From NCBI GenBank assembly GCA_964106915.2, contig OZ066915.1: DNA of 64,000 nt. The stretch is one strand, 5' to 3'. Origin of the DNA: Podarcis gaigeae. Its lineage: Eukaryota. Each line of letters starts with the position of its first letter. Position 1 is the first letter of the stretch. The notes beneath the pieces were generated by a model. The model was not told where the DNA came from. It did no database searches and was given only the letters and a program-made list of their open reading frames with translations. Positions 58,429 through 64,000 of this stretch are shown here, piece by piece. The position numbers and the translations under genes were made by a program.

Positions 58429-58519
58429 ACATTATTAGGTCCAGTAACAGTGCAGTCAGAATACACATGGGGATAGAGTTGCTATCTGGGCCCCCCACAT
58501 GGGTTGCTTCCTACATCCA

Positions 58520-59025
58520 TATTTCTGTAATGTGGCCTGTTGTTGCTGGTGAGTAGCTGTTTCAGGTTAGAAGGAGTTATCTATAAGCAAGTACAGGTCT
58601 ACTACTCAAGGCCTGTGAAAGGGGACAGTCACGGGATGGATTGTAGTTAGTAGATGATACATTTGAATGGTTTCAGCTGGCAGTGAGTGGTGTTCTTATC
58701 ATGTTCTGTTCTAGGCATGCCCTGTAGATTGTTGGTGCTACCAATCCAGCCTTATGGATCTTTTTTCTTTGTTCATTGGACTGTTGTTGCAGTTTGAAGA
58801 ATGCCTGATGGAAATGCTTAAGTTGTGACTCTCTATCCAATGAGTCTGAACAGATGCATCTGTATCACAGGGCTTGGCTGTAGACAATGGTTTTGTGACG
58901 TAAGCTGGAATCATGTGAGTATGTGCAGTAGTCAGTTTCCTGTAAAAGGTGGTTCTTATATGTCCATTATGTAGTGGCATAGGGATGTCCAACAAATCAA
59001 TCTCTTGTGTGAATTGGACGAGTAC
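58520..59025 (-). mobile_element. Penelope-like retroelement RT C-terminal remnant
   Basis: ORF 58738-59067 contains TQEIDLLD..LHNGHIRTTFYRKLT (degenerate FLD..LYRKPT). A shifted frame gives TKPLS/IVYSQAL-like text followed by a RRICS-like motif. Confidence 0.75.
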
Positions 59026-59496
59026 ACAGTACAGGTACCCCTGGGAAAGTAACCTGAAAAAGTTCAAGAAGGGTGGGTTCAGGGGCCAGGGAATTATGAT
59101 GAATGAAAGAAAAGAAAAAATCTCACAGCTTCAGGTTTATGTTCTGCTCAATTGGCACCAAAAGTCAGCAAGAAGAAGCACAAAACTGATTTGAAAGTGG
59201 ATGGGCATGTAATGCAGAAGCAGAAGGCTTGAAAGGTCCTGCATTTTCCAAGCCACCACAATGAGCACATGCAGCAAGGAGTATCAAACACATAAGAACA
59301 AGAACAACACTTTACTTTAACATCCCTACCTCAAAGTACTGTGACTCAACAGCCCTGATCAAGTCATCCCTTCTAATTAGAAGCTAGTCCTGTGAGTCAC
59401 AAACAAGCTCACCCTCCCCTCCAACCCTTTTATTTTCTTTATGTTGTAAGTTTGGGGAGAAATGCTTAATTTTCTGCAGATACACTGTTTGCAGTA

Positions 59497-59737
59497 CAGT
59501 GGTACCTCGGGTTAAGTACTTAATTCGTTCTGGAGGTCCGTTCTTAACCTGAAACTGTTATTAACCTGAAGACCACTTTAGCTAATGGGGCCTCCCGCTG
59601 CTGCCGCACCGCCGGAACACAATTTCTGTTCTGATCCTGAAGCAAAGTTCTTAACCTGAGGTAATATTTCTGGGTTAGCAGAGTCTGTAACCTGAAGTGT
59701 ATATAACCTGAAGCGTATGTAACCCGAGGTACCACTG
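59497..59737. mobile_element. Tc1/mariner-type MITE (same family)
   Basis: TA|CAGTGGTACCTCGGGTTA...TAACCCGAGGTACCACTG|TA; interior highly similar to the 47065 copy. Confidence 0.88.
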
Positions 59738-62651
59738 TAGTTTGCTTCAGCTTGGACAAGCCTTGAATCTATCAGAAGTGGACCACTTCAGTTCAGGATC
59801 CATCCAAATTTGATAAACATTCTTAGTTTCTGGAGCTACTTTTGTAACCTGTACGAAAATCTTATATCCAATACTGAAAAACCAAATGCCAAATTAAGGT
59901 AAAAGCTCTACATATTCTGTTCCTAAACTGTAGTGTACAAAGCACCAATTTATAAGTTACAAGTTGCAATGGAAACCATTCATTATTAAGAATTTACAAA
60001 AAGTGACTTGCAAATCAAATAAATTACTCAGTACCTGCCTTCCACACAGTAGTGATGTTTCAAATAATTTCGGGAGACAAGTATTCAGACATACAAGAAC
60101 CATTCTGTTATTGATAATAGCTAATTTTGAAACTTTTGTTTCTGATCCTCTGGATGCCAATCCTCACCCCCCCAAAACCAGGAGTGATGAAAAGCAGAGT
60201 TCTCTGTAATGGGAGTCCTGAAAATGCCTTCTGTGTTGAGGCAACACAGCTTGCAGTATTTATCCTTCATTGCGCTTTATCTATAGGTAAAGTTACATGA
60301 GGGCTTTTGTTAAGATTCCCTCTTTTGCACCATCAAGAGCTCAGGAATTATCATATCAGGATGCAATGTATTAGTCATATCCACATGAAAGCTACTTTAA
60401 AAAAATCAGTGTGCTAGGACTTATAAAAATCTTCCAAAGAAAACAAATTTCAATAATTCCAAGTGGGACGTTGAATGGCTTACCAAGGAGCATCATGCAG
60501 AGATTTCCTGGGGGGGGGGGAGTTTTAAAAATGTTAACATCTACTACACTAGAGCAGTCAGATAATTAAAGGGGGCGGCAGTGCTTGAGGAACATAAACA
60601 GCAAATGAAGCTGCATTGGTCCCTAAGAAACATTCCAAAATCCATTGTAATACTTTTATTAGAACCAATCAAAATGCCACAAAATAGTCCCCTTTCAAGT
60701 TTGTAAAAACAGGGCATCTAGCTGCCCATAGGATAAGCAACAGGCCTTAAAATGAGCAGCTTTCCCCCCGAGTCTTCTTCAACAATGGTACTAGCTGTAA
60801 TTCAGCCCATTTAATTGCCCCAAGCTTCTTAGAAAAGAGCAAATGGGCTTTACCTAGTGAAAAACAATTGAGTCAAAAGTCTGAGCTCTCTGCCAATTCA
60901 CCACACGCAGCATCCATGTCAGCAGATTTACCCCAGACCTGTCAGAAACCACACTGCTCTAAAGTGCCCCCACCTCCATGGCTGCTGGGTTTCTAAGGCT
61001 AAGTGGGTTTGTACATGACAAGGGAATTGTATCGATACAATCTTCCAAAGTGCTAAATTTCTGACATGTCTAAGTGTGTGATGTGGGTTTTGTTTCAAAT
61101 CAAATCTCCTGGACTATCAGATATTAAATATGCCTGCTCGCAGGTGAAGGCAGGTACAGAGATCTATTTGCTGACTCTATGGCTCCTGCAGTAATCACAG
61201 GACCACATATATCTACTAACCATTAAGCCTTTGAATTCTTTGGATTGACAGCAGCAAGAACAGCTAAAACATGACCCCACTGCCTTTTTTGGAAAACAGT
61301 CAAGTTTCCTAGACCAACATTGCTGCCCATAATGCCTCCTGCGATAAACAACACGACAATTTTGTCTAAGGTGCTAAATGGCTAGAAGAGACGGTAAAAC
61401 CAGGATCTGCATTTCAAGTATGCCCACTAAACCCTTCTGCAGGAATTCATAGTCTTCCCTGTATCTGCATACTTCAGTTTCTCAGTGTGGAAATCCCTCC
61501 TCCTCAATGGATGTGAGAATTCTGCATATATGCAAAGTAGGTCCACATTACTTCTCTCTTATTGGAAGAAGGCAAAGCTATGGAATGAATACACTACACT
61601 TAGTCCAATCAAATCGGTTTGAAACTCCTTCAGCATTCCAGTGGCCTTTTGCTTGGCACTAGTGCTTGTTGGGTAGAGCAAGGTACTTGCAGTGTCAAAT
61701 GCTGACTTTATTAAACACTCAACAGGATGTTCTATATCCCCATGCAACCAGACTCCTTTTTGTACCGCTGAAGGTTGGCACTCCAGCAGGGCACCCACAC
61801 TACACAGCCAATCTAAACTTTCCTGTCCTTTCTGGAGATATTTATAGATGGGAATTTTGACAAGAATGAGTTTCTGTTTTTGAATGAATACTTTTGCTTA
61901 TTACAATTTCTGTTTTTAGCTTGTGGGGTGTTCAAAAGGTGGATGTAACTGACAAAACTGCAATATGTATGTGCTTTCCAAACCATCAAACGAACAAATA
62001 TATTGAGGGGGGAGGAAAAGGGGGAAGTAATTGAAAAGGAAGACTCAGGCCACAGAAAAACAGCAATGAAGAAAATTAGCTGCTCCACCACATCATTGCC
62101 ACTTCCCAGATTGTCTGCCAGCCCAAGCAGAAAGGATGCATGAGTTTAAGAACATTGGGAACACCACACGATCCTGTATAGTCCTGTTTTGCAATGTAAA
62201 ATAAAGGAGATTTCCCGCCCCCATAAGCAAAAACATTATGTTCACAGCAAAAACTAAAGCTAATAACATTTTTAATACCATGTGGTATATGCTGACTGCC
62301 ATTGTGCTCATTGCTGTTATTTAATGTGAAACACTGTAGACAATACAAAGAATTGCCTTCAACCATTCCATTTCTGGAATGCCATAAGAGTTCCAGGTTC
62401 ATGGTATTTCTGACACACAGGAAATTATGCTTTTGAAGGGCAGGGCAGCTAGGTCAATGCACTGTATGTGTGTGATTAAACTGTGTTCTTTTAGTAAAAT
62501 AGAGATTCCCTTTCATATAGTTCGACTCCCATTTCTTATTATTTAAGATCTTCAGCCTAAATGTTATTGCTGCCTATTGGGTGACAGAGAAAAAGCAGCC
62601 CAAATTATGTAAAGAGGCAGCTGCAGCCCAAGATAGGAAAAGAGGTGGCAA

Positions 62652-62760
62652 CATCTAGCTACTTTAAATGAATTCAAATCACCAGGGCCTGATGAGATGC
62701 ACCCAAGGGTAATAAAGACACTTGTAGATGTAATATCAAAGCCTTTGTCTATAATCTTTG
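62652..62760 (+). mobile_element. CR1 LINE ORF2 fragment
   Basis: Translates [35 protein letters not shown] (CR1 KSxGPD motif). Confidence 0.85.
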
Positions 62761-64000
62761 GTTAGAAGCAAAAAAAGAGAGCTACTTAAAAATATTTTAA
62801 TTGCCAACACTGCTATTTTGTAGATCAAACTGAGCCAAGCTGAACAAAGTGGCTTCCATATTCAGGTGCCAACTGAAAGAATATGAAGTAGCATTCTGAG
62901 TAATTGAGAGAGATTATCAAGGGAGAAATATGGTGTTTAGAGTCAAATGGGTCATATAGGCAGTAAGTACAGGCAGTGGAGCTGGGTGGATGCATGCAAC
63001 CCACAGCAAAGCTGTAAATCCTTCATGAATTGTACTTCTGCTTTGCCTGTGCTGTTGACAATGTCAGTGACACTTTCTAATTTTTTTTATCAGAGTTTGT
63101 AACTGTCCATATCTGCTCAGAAACCATGCAAAATCATTGGCTCAAGCTTTCAGCTGAGCTAGTCAGAAATCCCCTGTGCACTTCATACTTTGTCAAAATA
63201 TTGATATTTTCATTGCTGCATACCATAATATGCAAACTATCTCCATAGCCTGAATTTTTGTCCAGCCTCTATGAAAGCAGAAAATGTAGGGGTTTTTTTT
63301 ATTAACTCCTCTCCCTTCAAAAATTATAACCAAATTTTATTATGAAAATGGGGATGAACCTATAATATTTTGAAAATATTGGAATCTATCATGTTGGGGA
63401 GGGGAAATTTTCCAGTTAATTAAATTTATGTCCTATTTCTTTCCAAATAATTTTTAATGCGAAGCCAGTTCTATTCATCATTGTACGTTTGTGATGGCTA
63501 AAACAGAAATTCACTTTTCTAAACTCAACACAGTTTGAAAATATAGCAAGCCAAAGAGTAGGGTTTGAAAGCCCAATATTGCACCAGCTAGGGGAGAAGT
63601 TAAACATCTCAGTTTGTCTTGCCATTGCCAGAGCCCTGTGGGTATATATGTAATCCTACCTTTTACCTTAGAATTTAAGCTGGTTCCAGAGAAAAATACT
63701 AAACCTTATTTAAGTGATGTGCTCCCGAAGAGTATTTTACTGATGAAGAAAAATGCTGCAACCAAATCCATGTGAGACTTTTTCATGAAATTTCATGGCC
63801 AGGTCTTCTCTGCACATTGTATTTATTTATTTTTGTCCTACTGTCATCTCTGGTCAGAAAAGAAGACATTATACAGATTGTTAAAACATCACAAAATCTG
63901 ATCACCCAACACAGAAGGGTAAACATGCAACACAGACAACAAAACATTCTCGTCTTTTAAATAACTATTATCTGACTCAAACCTAAATTCATGCTCTCCT

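Noticed and set aside
62688-62700. CTGATGAG as a hammerhead core
   Set aside because: It is simply the P-D-E codons of the CR1 KSPGPDE motif; there is no stem II or GAAA.
41353-64000. Canonical CArG boxes (SRF autoregulation)
   Set aside because: By eye I found only near-matches (CCAAATTAAGG ~59889, CCAAGATAGG ~62628). No perfect CC(A/T)6GG was confirmed; a computational scan is needed.
1-64000. CRISPR arrays, operons or other prokaryotic systems
   Set aside because: The window is intron-rich vertebrate DNA with no regularly spaced repeat-spacer array.

Overview
Eukaryotic genomic DNA from a squamate reptile. The repeat content (Sauria SINEs, a Squam3-like SINE, MITEs and Penelope pLTRs) suggests a lacertid lizard. 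The window holds the complete coding structure of myocardin (MYOCD) on the minus strand: 13 GT-AG coding exons from the ATG at 41352 to the TGA at 5230. These total 2820 nt (939 aa plus stop), and every splice phase is consistent. Below ~5230 lies the probable long 3' UTR; above ~41.8 kb is ~22 kb of upstream DNA. Most of the listed six-frame ORFs are noise or transposon debris. Most notable observations: (1) the N-terminal RPEL region looks like actin-regulated MRTF-A/B, with an intact RPxxxEL in RPEL2, rather than the degenerate mammalian myocardin; (2) a Penelope-derived minimal hammerhead ribozyme motif sits in the sense strand of intron 2, inside a perfect 56-bp inverted repeat; (3) a tailless, 3'-truncated 7SK retrocopy has a 15-16-bp target-site duplication; (4) there are candidate alternative exons (an exon-2a-like stop-containing acceptor, a 6-nt microexon or 144-nt exon-11-like segment, and a NAGNAG acceptor); (5) a cluster of cardiac transcription factor motifs lies ~16 kb upstream. 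Comparisons with mammalian sequences and repeat families are from memory and need confirming by alignment.
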